Assembly (NCBI GenBank): GCA_944332725.1
Contig: CALVKO010000001.1
Span: 719 to 64,718, forward strand
Length of the DNA: 64,000 nucleotides
Source: an uncultured Bacilli bacterium
Lineage (GTDB): Bacteria > Bacillota_I > Bacilli_A > RF39 > UBA660
Direction of reading: 5' to 3'
Below, piece after piece: positions 1-9,445 of this stretch. The translations under genes and the position numbers were made by a program. The notes beneath the pieces are model-generated. The model saw nothing but the letters and a program-made list of their open reading frames with translations. It had not been told where the DNA came from and ran no database searches. Each line of letters starts with the position of its first letter. Position 1 is the first letter of the stretch.

Positions 1-374
1 ATATTATCAATGGATTGCCTTATGAAACCGAAGAGATGATGTTAGATACCGTTAAATTTCTAAATAAATTAGATATTCAAGGAATTAAAATTCATATGTT
101 AAGTGTTCTTAAAAATACAAAATTAGAAAAATTGTATAATGAAAAACCTTTTAAAATTTTAACAGAAAAAGAATATATCGAAATTGTTTGTAAACAATTA
201 GAATATTTAAGACCAGAAATTGTGATTCATAGAATAGTTTCCGGACCTAAAATAGAAGACTTAATAGAGCCTAAATGGTTAACCAAAAGAATTACTTTAT
301 TTAATGAAATTGATAAATATATGAAAGAAAAAAACATTGTTCAAGGCGATAAATTATATAATTTTAAAAATTAA
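1..374 (+). CDS. Radical SAM protein, TIGR01212 (YhcC-like) family, C-terminal part. The 5' end lies outside the window.
   Basis: The frame is open from the window edge (frame from nt 3) to TAA at 372-374. The sequence IINGLPYETEEMMLDTVKFL...IHMLSVLKNT is typical of the C-terminal half of TIGR01212 radical SAM proteins. Confidence 0.55.
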   Translation, partial: IINGLPYETEEMMLDTVKFLNKLDIQGIKIHMLSVLKNTKLEKLYNEKPFKILTEKEYIEIVCKQLEYLRPEIVIHRIVSGPKIEDLIEPKWLTKRITLFNEIDKYMKEKNIVQGDKLYNFKN

Positions 375-522
375 TATGTGATTATATTAAATCTTGTATT
401 TAATTTTGAAAATTTGTCTAACCAATTTTTAAAATTAGTTAAAATAATCAATCTAATTTTTAAAATTATTCATTTGATTTTATTTTTTATTTTAAGTATA
501 ATCATATCCAAGGAGGAGTTAT

Positions 523-729
523 ATGGAAAAATTTATTCAAAAGAAAAAAAATTTAAATGAAGAAGAAATTAATGAGTTATTATATTATTATGAACAAGGA
601 ATTAACATTGGAAAAGAAGAAATAAGATTAAAAGTTATTAATAATATGATTAATTCAAAATTTGATATTGATGTTATTTCAAAAATACTAAATATTAATA
701 AAAAGAATATTAAAAAATACATAAATTAA
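523..729 (+). CDS. Small (68 aa) Lys-rich protein, possibly a helix-turn-helix DNA-binding protein.
   Basis: A strong AGGAGG RBS lies 7 nt upstream of the ATG. The C-terminal DIDVISKILNINKKNIKKYI looks HTH-like. It ends in a bidirectional terminator. Confidence 0.5.
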   Translation: MEKFIQKKKNLNEEEINELLYYYEQGINIGKEEIRLKVINNMINSKFDIDVISKILNINKKNIKKYIN

Positions 730-752
730 AAAAGACTTGAATAGTCTTTTTA
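728..752. terminator. Bidirectional rho-independent terminator shared by convergent genes.
   Basis: AAAAAGACT-TGAAT-AGTCTTTTT hairpin with A/T runs on both sides. It overlaps the stop codons of both flanking genes. Confidence 0.6.
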
Positions 753-2519
753 TTGTTTTTTTTCAACAAACCATACACCGCTAATATCGCAACTATTACT
801 AGCAGGAGCAGGATTTGGCATATCTAATTTAATCATTACTGGAACTTTAAACGCCGAACCAAATGCAATACAATTACCAGGTTGTAAAATTCTCAATCTT
901 TTTATTATTTCATTAGTAATATTAGGAACCATCTTTCTTATATATTCGACATCTGTTGGATGCAACATTTTAAATATTAAAAAATTATTACATTGCGATA
1001 AAGAGGTTTCAGATAATTCACTAGGTCTTTGCGAAATTAATCCTAACAACACACCATACTTTCTTCCTTCTTTAGTAATTCTTTCAAAAATATTATATCC
1101 TAATAATTCAACATCAATATCATTTTGAACATATCTATGTGCTTCTTCTAATATTATATGAAATGGCAAAGTTGCTCTTCTATCCATTGCTTTAGCATAG
1201 TCAAATAATAATTTTGAATATATTTTAGTTAATGTTTTAGCAAATCTGTCATCAACATAATTTATATTAAAATTAATTATTTGAGCTTTTCTACCATTAG
1301 GAGCAGTTAATAATTCTTTAATATATTGTTCTTTAGTAACAAATTTATCATATTCAAAATATTTTTTATAATCGCTGTTTACCAAAGAATGAAGTCTTAC
1401 CTTTAAAACATTAGATTCATTATAAACTTTTTCACTGTTAAGTATACCTTCACTTATTAAAGCAAATTCAAAAGCTTTTTCTAAATCTTCTAACCCATAC
1501 ATAAAATCACCTTCAGGTAATTTTAACTCTAAATCATTTTGAACAAATTTTTCTATAAATGTCGTTAACAATTCCATTTCTCTAATCTTACCAGATGCAT
1601 CAATTAACAAGCATTGCTTTAATGGCCTAGTATATCCCGGTTGAAAAATTGGTGTTTCCAAATTTAATTCTGGAGTATTATAAAATGATAGAATAGAAAA
1701 GATTTGATCCCTAATTTGTGCTGGTGGATTTCCACTTGCTAAAATATCTAATAAAGATCTAGCAATAATATCATTTTGATGTTTAACAACATCTGCTCCA
1801 TTTCTAGCAAATATATTAACTAATTTTAAGGCTTTCTCAATAATTGGTAATTGTGAAGAAGATGTAGCATTTAATAATAAGGCTAAATCATCAACTCCTA
1901 ATAACCAAGTCGGTATTCTTAAAACTTCTGTTTCACTAAAATGTGTATTAGTTGTATATGATTTAAATGAAATCTCATTACTAACTATATTCTTAAAGGC
2001 ATTATGATATTCACCATAAGCATCAAATATAAATAAACTAGCACGATATGGAATATATCTTTGCTTATCAAATACATTTTGAATAATTCTTGCTACACCA
2101 CAAGATTTACCAGATCCAGTTGAACCTAATATAGCAAAATGATTGCTAAAAAATTGATTAATATTTGCTCCTATTTTAACTCCTTGATATACAGGGCTAG
2201 TCCCCAAATAAATATCTATATTTTCTCGATAATTTTCAACACCAATTATCATTGGTATCTTTTCTTTTGATATCAATTTGACTACTGAACTAAATGAAGG
2301 CTTTATAATAACACCAAACACAAATTTATTATCAATAATCTCACCTAACAAATTAATATGAGCAACATTATTTTCTATATCAATTATCTCACCTACTAAT
2401 TTTCGATTATTATCCTCCATAATTACATGCACATTAATTAAATTTTCAAATTTATTTATATCGATAGCCAACTTTAATAAAACTTCATTTTCAACTATAC
2501 CTATAATATTACCCAACAT
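750..2519 (-). CDS. HerA/FtsK-like (DUF87) P-loop ATPase.
   Basis: Walker A ILGSTGSGKS and Walker B-like HIILEEAHRY motifs. An N-terminal barrel-like region is followed by an ATPase core typical of bacterial HerA-like DUF87 proteins (~590 aa). Confidence 0.7.
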   Translation of the reverse strand: MLGNIIGIVENEVLLKLAIDINKFENLINVHVIMEDNNRKLVGEIIDIENNVAHINLLGEIIDNKFVFGVIIKPSFSSVVKLISKEKIPMIIGVENYRENIDIYLGTSPVYQGVKIGANINQFFSNHFAILGSTGSGKSCGVARIIQNVFDKQRYIPYRASLFIFDAYGEYHNAFKNIVSNEISFKSYTTNTHFSETEVLRIPTWLLGVDDLALLLNATSSSQLPIIEKALKLVNIFARNGADVVKHQNDIIARSLLDILASGNPPAQIRDQIFSILSFYNTPELNLETPIFQPGYTRPLKQCLLIDASGKIREMELLTTFIEKFVQNDLELKLPEGDFMYGLEDLEKAFEFALISEGILNSEKVYNESNVLKVRLHSLVNSDYKKYFEYDKFVTKEQYIKELLTAPNGRKAQIINFNINYVDDRFAKTLTKIYSKLLFDYAKAMDRRATLPFHIILEEAHRYVQNDIDVELLGYNIFERITKEGRKYGVLLGLISQRPSELSETSLSQCNNFLIFKMLHPTDVEYIRKMVPNITNEIIKRLRILQPGNCIAFGSAFKVPVMIKLDMPNPAPASNSCDISGVWFVEKKQ

Positions 2520-2629
2520 TTTATCCCTCCAATTATAATATAATTATACAATTTTTTTTTTAAAAAGAAAATAGTTTTAATTAATTTGCGTTAGAATTTT
2601 TGTAAAAATATACAAAATAAAAAAGGTAA

Positions 2630-3877
2630 TTATTTTATTACAAAACTAATACCTTTTTTTTCATTGTTAACATTTATTTCATACCCTAATAAATTAAGGG
2701 TTTTTTTTACAATTGACAAACCTAAACCAAATTGTCCTTTTATCCCTTTTTTGTAAGGAGTAAATATATTATTTAGGATATCAGGATCAATATGTGGCCC
2801 ATCATTATATAGTGTAATTTTATTATTTTTAATTGTTATTTTTATTTCTTTTATAGCATATCTCATAAAGTTATTTAATAGATTATCGATTATAGCCTCC
2901 CACATGTCTAAAGTACCATTATAAATTGTTTTACCAGAAATATTAACAATAAATTCGACATCAGGTCGCTGTATTTTAAATTTACTAACACTACTTTCAA
3001 TAACCGGTTTTATATCAATTTTCTCATCTTTTTTTTCAATATCTTTGAGATATACTAATTTATTTAAGTATAAAAGGGAGTGTACTTTTATTTCGAGTTT
3101 ATTTATTTGTTCTTTAATAATACTTCCGCCTGTTTGAGGATCCATAATTCCATCCTCAATAGCTTCCATATGTGATTTTATAACAGTAAGTGGAGTTTTA
3201 AAATCATGAGAAATATTTTGATACATTTGATTTTTATATTCTTCTTGTTTTTTTAAGGTAGATTTCATATCATCGATTGCTTTATTTAAAGTACTTAATT
3301 CATCATCTACCATATATTCGTATTTATCAACATAATCATCATTATCTAAGTTATCAACTTTTTCTTTTAGATGATATATTTTAGTGACTATTTGATTAGC
3401 CCATAATATAATAATACCAATTGTTATCAACAAAGTACCAATTATTACTGGAAGCAAAGTTTTCATAATATCAGCCCTTATTTCCAATAAATAATCGTTA
3501 TTAGTAATAGCAATTTTATTAATATAATCAGTATTAATATTATAATAATAATATGTTTTACCTAAATAAGTAAATTTGCCATATTCATTATCTACTCTAT
3601 CTAATATTTGCTTAGTATCAATATTAATAATATCCTTCAAGTTTTCTGAAACTATTATTTTATCATCAACAACATATAAATAAGCTATATCATCAAATTC
3701 TACTTTATCGACATTACTTTCAATCAATTCTAATGGTTGTTTTAGATATTGATATATATTTTTTTCATAGATAGGGAGTAAAAGTTTTGGGAGGAGTAAG
3801 CCCAAACTTATAAATATAATTCCACATATAATAACTGCTAAAGAAATTAATTGTCTATATAGTGTTGTTTTAATCAT
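2630..3877 (-). CDS. Sensor histidine kinase of a two-component system.
   Basis: Two N-terminal TM segments, an HisKA H-box (ISHDFKTPLT) and a HATPase_c G-box (GQFGLGLSIVKK). Its stop overlaps the response-regulator gene by 4 nt. Confidence 0.85.
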   Translation of the reverse strand: MIKTTLYRQLISLAVIICGIIFISLGLLLPKLLLPIYEKNIYQYLKQPLELIESNVDKVEFDDIAYLYVVDDKIIVSENLKDIINIDTKQILDRVDNEYGKFTYLGKTYYYYNINTDYINKIAITNNDYLLEIRADIMKTLLPVIIGTLLITIGIIILWANQIVTKIYHLKEKVDNLDNDDYVDKYEYMVDDELSTLNKAIDDMKSTLKKQEEYKNQMYQNISHDFKTPLTVIKSHMEAIEDGIMDPQTGGSIIKEQINKLEIKVHSLLYLNKLVYLKDIEKKDEKIDIKPVIESSVSKFKIQRPDVEFIVNISGKTIYNGTLDMWEAIIDNLLNNFMRYAIKEIKITIKNNKITLYNDGPHIDPDILNNIFTPYKKGIKGQFGLGLSIVKKTLNLLGYEINVNNEKKGISFVIK

Positions 3878-4539
3878 GTTAAGCGATAACCATAGCCATA
3901 GATAGTATTAATATTTATCTTGGGCATTTTCTTTCTTAATCTTCTAATTAAATCATCAACTACACGATCACTACCGAAATAGTCTTCCCCCCAAATGATA
4001 TTTAAAATATCATCTCGACTGAATGATTTACCTTTGTTAGATAAAAACATATACAATAAATCAAATTCAAGGGTCGTTAAATTAACTTCTTTGCCATTAT
4101 GTAAAACTATTCTTTTATCAACATCAATTTCATAACATTCATACTTAATTTTATTAGAATTAGTATATACTCTTTTAAGTATGTTGTTGATTCTTAACAT
4201 TAATTCTTTTGGTGAATATGGTTTAGCGATATAATCATCACTTCCTAATTCAAGACCTAATATTTTATCCAAATCTTGATCACGTGCCGAAGTGAATATT
4301 ACAGGAACATTTTTATCTAAACTTTTTATTTTTTTAATTAAATCATATCCACTAATTGAATCACCTAGCATAATATCTAAAACCCAAAGGTCTACTTTTT
4401 CTTTGCCTATATATTCTAAAGCATCATTTCCTTTATAAAATTGGATTACATCATATCCCTCTTTTTCCATATAGGACTTTATTAAATTATTTAATGATAT
4501 TTCATCTTCTACTAAACAAATCTTATACACATTAATCAC
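3874..4539 (-). CDS. OmpR-family response regulator.
   Basis: REC domain (LVEDE...D...K) and a C-terminal winged-helix region (TIYGYGYRL). It is translationally coupled to the kinase gene. Confidence 0.9.
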   Translation of the reverse strand: MINVYKICLVEDEISLNNLIKSYMEKEGYDVIQFYKGNDALEYIGKEKVDLWVLDIMLGDSISGYDLIKKIKSLDKNVPVIFTSARDQDLDKILGLELGSDDYIAKPYSPKELMLRINNILKRVYTNSNKIKYECYEIDVDKRIVLHNGKEVNLTTLEFDLLYMFLSNKGKSFSRDDILNIIWGEDYFGSDRVVDDLIRRLRKKMPKININTIYGYGYRLT

Positions 4540-4687
4540 CTATTTTTAGTATAACATAAATTTCTTCATATACCACCTTCTTTCATCAATATTTTTTATT
4601 TTATATCTTCATCTATCACCTCCGACAAATTAAGTATATAAAATAAATGTGGTAATATTTTGATAAAAAAGTGGGAAAATATGGTAA

Positions 4688-7147
4688 TTAAATATTTTCA
4701 GTATAATTACACCCTTTATCATAATTAGTACAGCCAATAAAATCATAATTTTTCTTTTTACTATGTTTGACAACTAAATAGCCATTACACTTTGGACATT
4801 TTTTAATTTCTTTTTTATATTTTAAATTATTAGTTTTAAAATTACATAATTCTTTATCATTAGTACAAACATATAAATTATTTATTTTAAAACTACTATA
4901 TTTTTTTACTAAAGGATATCCACATTTTGGACATCTTTGTGGTTTTTTAGATAATTTTATACCTGTTTTATTATATAAATATACATTATCATATTTAATT
5001 ATCTCTAAAATAAAATCCGATGGTTTATTAACTGGTGTTAAAATATAAACTTTATTTTTAGTTCTTGTTAAAGCAACATAAAATAATCTTCTTTCTTCTG
5101 CATAAACATAAGAGTTATCAGACACATTAATAATTTTCATAATAGGATCGTCTTTTATTTGTGATGGAAATCCGTAAGTTCCATCATCCCCATTTAATAT
5201 AATTACTTGGTCATATCCTAACCCTTTAGAAGAATGTGCCGACAAAAAATCAATATCAAAATTAGGAAATTTTTTAGATTTTATTTTATCATTACTTATT
5301 TCATAAAAGTCTTCACTTAAAAGTAAAAAATATTTTTCAAAATTATATCGTCCAATAAATAATATTTTTTGCTTATTACCATATTTGTTTTCTATATCTT
5401 TTAAACATTTATTTAACATAGCAATTTTGTTTTTCAACTTGCTATTAGTGTCATCATACGCTATTACCATTACTGGATTTTTAAGTTTTTTTGGAGATAT
5501 TAATTGCTTTTTAAACTGTTTTTTATTAGTCATAACAAATCTACCAGCGATATTTATTAATTGTTGACTATTACGATAAGTATGAGTAATTTTAAGTAAA
5601 GAAGCATAGCCCATCAATTGTTCAAATTCAGTAAATAAAGATATATCACTACCAGCAAATGCAAAAATACTTTGAAAATCATCACCGACAGCAATTATCT
5701 TAGCATCACTTACTTCACTTATTTTTTTAGTTAAATTAAATCGTTGCATTGATATATCTTGATATTCATCGATAATTACATATTTATAATTTAATTTTGT
5801 ATCATCTAATTTATAATATGCTTGATTTATCATATCTTCAAAATCAATATAATTATGTATTTTTAACTGTTCTTGATAATAATCATACACCCCTTCAACA
5901 AAGTTTAAAAACAAATTAGTTCGCTCATCACTATAAATATATTTTAATTTAGCAAAATCTTCTTTTGTATATCCTTTTATTTTAAATCCTTGAATAAATT
6001 TTAAACAAAATATAATAAATCTAGCATAATAAACATCTTTCGATGTCTCAACTAATTTTGTATATATTTCATAATCATTTTTCGGTTTTAAAATAATGTT
6101 ATGTTTTAATAATTGTTCTTTTAAATCATTTAATAAATCTTTAGTCGAATAAGTTTCAATTAAGGTTGTATTATTTAATTTATGAATTTTTCTTTTATTA
6201 TTAATTTGATATTTATATTTTAAACTATTTACATAACCATATAATTTGTTATAACCTTTTTTATCTAAACTATAATGTTCTAAATAAAAAACTCTTTCTC
6301 CCTGATAAATAGTAAAATCCGGTAAATAAGTTTTACTTTTGTCTAACTTAGGGTATGGTTTTTCATATTCATAATCTATATTATTTAAATATAAAAAATT
6401 AGCTATCATAACTTCTTCATTTGACTTTAAAAATTCCCCTAAAATAGTATATCTTTTATTAGTTCTATCATCGATTACTTGTTTATTATAATCATTTAAT
6501 CTTGATTTTAATGTTATATAATCAGTTCTTTTCTTATAATTAAAATAGTCATTTAAACTATTGAAATTTAAAGCAAAAGCAGGTATATCAAAATAAAACA
6601 CAAAAAATCTTAAAAATTCTTTTAATTTTTTATTATCATTACATAATTCTTTATCAAAATAATCTTTAACTAAATTATAAGAACTAGTTAATACTTTTAA
6701 ATGTTCATCGGTATTATTTTTTAATATTTCTACACCAAATTTATGAAATGTACAAACTAAAGCTGGTATTTTAAAATCTTTATTAATTCTTTGCTTTAAT
6801 TCAGATACCGCTTTATTAGTATAAGAAATCAATATTATATCTTTAGGATCAATTTTTTTTATATCAACTAAAAATTTAACTTTAGCAGCCATAGTTGTTG
6901 TTTTACCAGCACCTGCTCCTGCTATAATTAAATTATAATCTTCATCGGTTAATATTGCTATTCTCTGCTCTTCATCTAAAATAATATTATTATCGATTCC
7001 TTTATACATATTATCAAAATAATCCTTATACTTAACTAATGCTTCTTTAATATAATTTTCATTATGTATTTTTACTTTATCATAATCTAAATTATATTTT
7101 TTTATATTCTTTATTGATATATATTCAAAAGGCATAATAATCACCAA
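4688..7147 (-). CDS. UvrD/Rep-like superfamily-1 DNA helicase with an internal insert domain and two C-terminal topoisomerase-type C4 zinc ribbons.
   Basis: Helicase motif I AGAGAGKTTTM, motif II VIIDEYQD, and FPSQIKDD...VALTRTK C-terminal helicase motifs. A ~250-aa insert contains YLPDFTIY...YLEH (REase-like). The C-terminus has CPKCGYPL...C and CPKCNGYL...C zinc ribbons. The annotated start is TTG at 7147; the ATG at 7135 preceded by a GGTGA RBS is the more likely start. Confidence 0.75.
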   Translation of the reverse strand: MVIIMPFEYISIKNIKKYNLDYDKVKIHNENYIKEALVKYKDYFDNMYKGIDNNIILDEEQRIAILTDEDYNLIIAGAGAGKTTTMAAKVKFLVDIKKIDPKDIILISYTNKAVSELKQRINKDFKIPALVCTFHKFGVEILKNNTDEHLKVLTSSYNLVKDYFDKELCNDNKKLKEFLRFFVFYFDIPAFALNFNSLNDYFNYKKRTDYITLKSRLNDYNKQVIDDRTNKRYTILGEFLKSNEEVMIANFLYLNNIDYEYEKPYPKLDKSKTYLPDFTIYQGERVFYLEHYSLDKKGYNKLYGYVNSLKYKYQINNKRKIHKLNNTTLIETYSTKDLLNDLKEQLLKHNIILKPKNDYEIYTKLVETSKDVYYARFIIFCLKFIQGFKIKGYTKEDFAKLKYIYSDERTNLFLNFVEGVYDYYQEQLKIHNYIDFEDMINQAYYKLDDTKLNYKYVIIDEYQDISMQRFNLTKKISEVSDAKIIAVGDDFQSIFAFAGSDISLFTEFEQLMGYASLLKITHTYRNSQQLINIAGRFVMTNKKQFKKQLISPKKLKNPVMVIAYDDTNSKLKNKIAMLNKCLKDIENKYGNKQKILFIGRYNFEKYFLLLSEDFYEISNDKIKSKKFPNFDIDFLSAHSSKGLGYDQVIILNGDDGTYGFPSQIKDDPIMKIINVSDNSYVYAEERRLFYVALTRTKNKVYILTPVNKPSDFILEIIKYDNVYLYNKTGIKLSKKPQRCPKCGYPLVKKYSSFKINNLYVCTNDKELCNFKTNNLKYKKEIKKCPKCNGYLVVKHSKKKNYDFIGCTNYDKGCNYTENI

Positions 7148-7189
7148 AATTATTATATATTAAATGGTTTAAAAAATCAAAACAAATAA

Positions 7190-7265
7190 AAAAATGCACA
7201 ATATTTTCAAAATACTGCGCATTTTTATGTTTTTGAAGTTCCATTTTGCACAATCATTGTGCATT
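7190..7265. promoter_or_regulatory. Operator/promoter module, copy 1, upstream of the helicase gene. It contains a perfect palindrome TGCACAATCATTGTGCA and an imperfect palindrome TGCACAATATTTTCAAAATACTGCGCA.
   Basis: Inverted repeats are visible directly. A ~40-bp block plus a ~20-bp block are repeated almost identically at 8390-8460. Confidence 0.5.
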
Positions 7266-7267
7266 TT

Positions 7268-8350
7268 TTAATTTTTTCCAACAAAAACGTCATATATTTC
7301 TTTATATCGATATCCTAACTTAGCATGAGTTGAATCACTTACTATAATACCTAAATTAATTAATTGATCAATTAAAATGGATATTGTATTTCTTGATACT
7401 CCTGTTTCTTCTTCGATTTCCTTTTTTGTAAATACAATTTGATGCATCATAGCAGGCATTATTCGATAAACAGCATTACTATTTAAAGTCTTAATTTTCT
7501 CCATATCTTTTTTATAGATTTTGTTAATCATATTTATTTTAGCAATATAATTATTACATTGTTCAATTATACATTGTAAGAAAAATTTTATAAAACCAAC
7601 AATATTACCTTTTCTACTTTCATTTAAAAATTTATGATAGCTAGGTTTATATAATTCTAAAACTTCTGACAAGAAAAGAATAGGCTCATCTTCAGTTAAT
7701 TTAGCTAATTGAATAGATATCAAAGCACGACCTAATCTTCCATTTCCATCTCGATATGCATGAATAGTTTCAAATTGATAATGTGATATTGCAAGATTAA
7801 TAAAAATAGGATCTATAAAATTATTATTCATGTATTTAAACAAATTATTAAGTAGAATTGGAACATCTTCTGGAATTGGCGGTACAAAAATTGCTTCATT
7901 GATACTACAACCTGTTGGTCCAATCCAATTTTGAATAGTTCTTATCTTGCCTGGTTCTTTTTCATTTCCTCTTACACTATCTAATAAAATTTTATGGATA
8001 GCATTAACAAAATGAATATTTATATCGTTATTTTCAACTAAATAATCTTTTGCATACTCTATAACTTTTTTTAAATTTTGTATTTCCAAATTATCATCTG
8101 TTTTAGGCATGTACTTTAAATAATACATTTCATCTTGTGAAATTTGTGTCCCTTCTATTTGTGTAGATTTTAAACTTTCACTTAATATAATAGAATCTAA
8201 AAAATATTTTGAATCAAATTCAACATTTCTTAAATATGACTTATATTCACCGTATTTATAATTTGCTTCAGCTATTAAATTTAAAAGTTCTTTATCTATA
8301 TTATATTCGATTGGTAATTCTTTAACTTTCATTGGATTCATCTTTATCAC
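7268..8350 (-). CDS. Fic family protein (Fido domain, probable AMPylase) with a C-terminal winged HTH.
   Basis: Canonical Fic motif HAYRDGNGRLGRAL (HxFx(D/E)GNGR). Confidence 0.85.
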   Translation of the reverse strand: MIKMNPMKVKELPIEYNIDKELLNLIAEANYKYGEYKSYLRNVEFDSKYFLDSIILSESLKSTQIEGTQISQDEMYYLKYMPKTDDNLEIQNLKKVIEYAKDYLVENNDINIHFVNAIHKILLDSVRGNEKEPGKIRTIQNWIGPTGCSINEAIFVPPIPEDVPILLNNLFKYMNNNFIDPIFINLAISHYQFETIHAYRDGNGRLGRALISIQLAKLTEDEPILFLSEVLELYKPSYHKFLNESRKGNIVGFIKFFLQCIIEQCNNYIAKINMINKIYKKDMEKIKTLNSNAVYRIMPAMMHQIVFTKKEIEEETGVSRNTISILIDQLINLGIIVSDSTHAKLGYRYKEIYDVFVGKN

Positions 8351-8389
8351 CTAAACTAATAATAACATATAAATGGTTACTTGTAAACG

Positions 8390-8460
8390 CAAAAATGCAC
8401 AATATTTTTAAAATACTGCACATTTTTTATACTCTACTTTGCACAATCATTATACATTCT
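8390..8460. promoter_or_regulatory. Operator/promoter module, copy 2, upstream of the Fic gene. It is a direct repeat of 7190-7265.
   Basis: AAAAATGCACAATATTTTTAAAATACTGCACATTTTTTAT...TTTGCACAATCATTATACATT matches copy 1 at roughly 37 of 39 positions in the first block. A -35/-10 pair (TTTACA-17-TATTAT) and an AGGTGA RBS follow. Confidence 0.5.
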
Positions 8461-8977
8461 TAAAATAAATGTTATTTTCTTTTTCATATCCTAAATTAGT
8501 TATTTCACCATGCCCCGGATATAATGTTATATCATTTGGATATTTTTTTATTTTATTAATTGACTTAAACATGTCAAATTCATCACTATTATCTAAGTCA
8601 ACTCTTCCTATTGAATCTTTAAATATAAAATCACCAACAAACATTATTTTTTCTTTTTCAAAATAAATTGTTATACAAGTATTATCATGGCCTTTAGTAT
8701 GAATAACTTTAAACTTAAAATTATTTATACTATATTCATTTTCATCTAATTTATAATCGTAGACTTTTATATTGTATTTTTTTATTAATTCATTTAAAGC
8801 ACCAATATGATCAAAATGATAATGAGTAATAATAATTCCAACTGGTTTTAAATTACCAATTTTATTTATTATTTTATCTATTTCATCACCCGGATCAATT
8901 ATTAAACACTCATTTTCAATACTTACAATATAACAATTTGTTTCTAAATATCCCACTTTAACTTTATCTATTTTCAT
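8450..8977 (-). CDS. MBL-fold metallo-hydrolase.
   Basis: THYHFDHIG (HxHxDH) zinc-binding motif. Size is ~175 aa. Confidence 0.8.
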   Translation of the reverse strand: MKIDKVKVGYLETNCYIVSIENECLIIDPGDEIDKIINKIGNLKPVGIIITHYHFDHIGALNELIKKYNIKVYDYKLDENEYSINNFKFKVIHTKGHDNTCITIYFEKEKIMFVGDFIFKDSIGRVDLDNSDEFDMFKSINKIKKYPNDITLYPGHGEITNLGYEKENNIYFKNV

Positions 8978-9445
8978 CTATAACTCCTTTTTCATTTTAT
9001 ATTCTTCTACTTCATATCCTATTTTTTTATATAAATTATAAGCACTAATATTATTTTTAAAAACAGATATTTCTACTATCTTTATATTATTATCTTTACA
9101 CCATTCATAAAATTTATTTATTAAATTTTTTCCTATTCCTTTGTTACGATAATCATCTATTACATATAATGCATCAATTTTAGCTACACTATTAAAAACA
9201 AAATTGCTTGCTTCATATTTTAAATATCCATAAATAAATCCAACTGCTTTTCCATCTTCATATGTTATAAATAAAACATTATTTTTTTTATTATATAAAT
9301 TTATATAGTTATTTAAAACAACAAAATCTTCTTTAATGTTTTTATCAAAATTTCTTTCTGATTGAATTAATTTAGTTAGTAATTCATCACATTCTTTAGC
9401 CATTTGTTCGTTAATTACTTTTTTTATTTCAATCATTATTATCAT
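8978..9445 (-). CDS. GNAT family N-acetyltransferase.
   Basis: Acetyl-CoA binding motif RNKGIGKNLI. Size and fold match the GNAT pattern. Confidence 0.8.
   Translation of the reverse strand: MIIMIEIKKVINEQMAKECDELLTKLIQSERNFDKNIKEDFVVLNNYINLYNKKNNVLFITYEDGKAVGFIYGYLKYEASNFVFNSVAKIDALYVIDDYRNKGIGKNLINKFYEWCKDNNIKIVEISVFKNNISAYNLYKKIGYEVEEYKMKKEL

Noticed and set aside
378-560. 60-aa ORF between the radical SAM gene and the 68-aa gene.
   Set aside because: It has no RBS and a hydrophobic low-complexity translation. It overlaps the start region of the RBS-supported 523-729 ORF.
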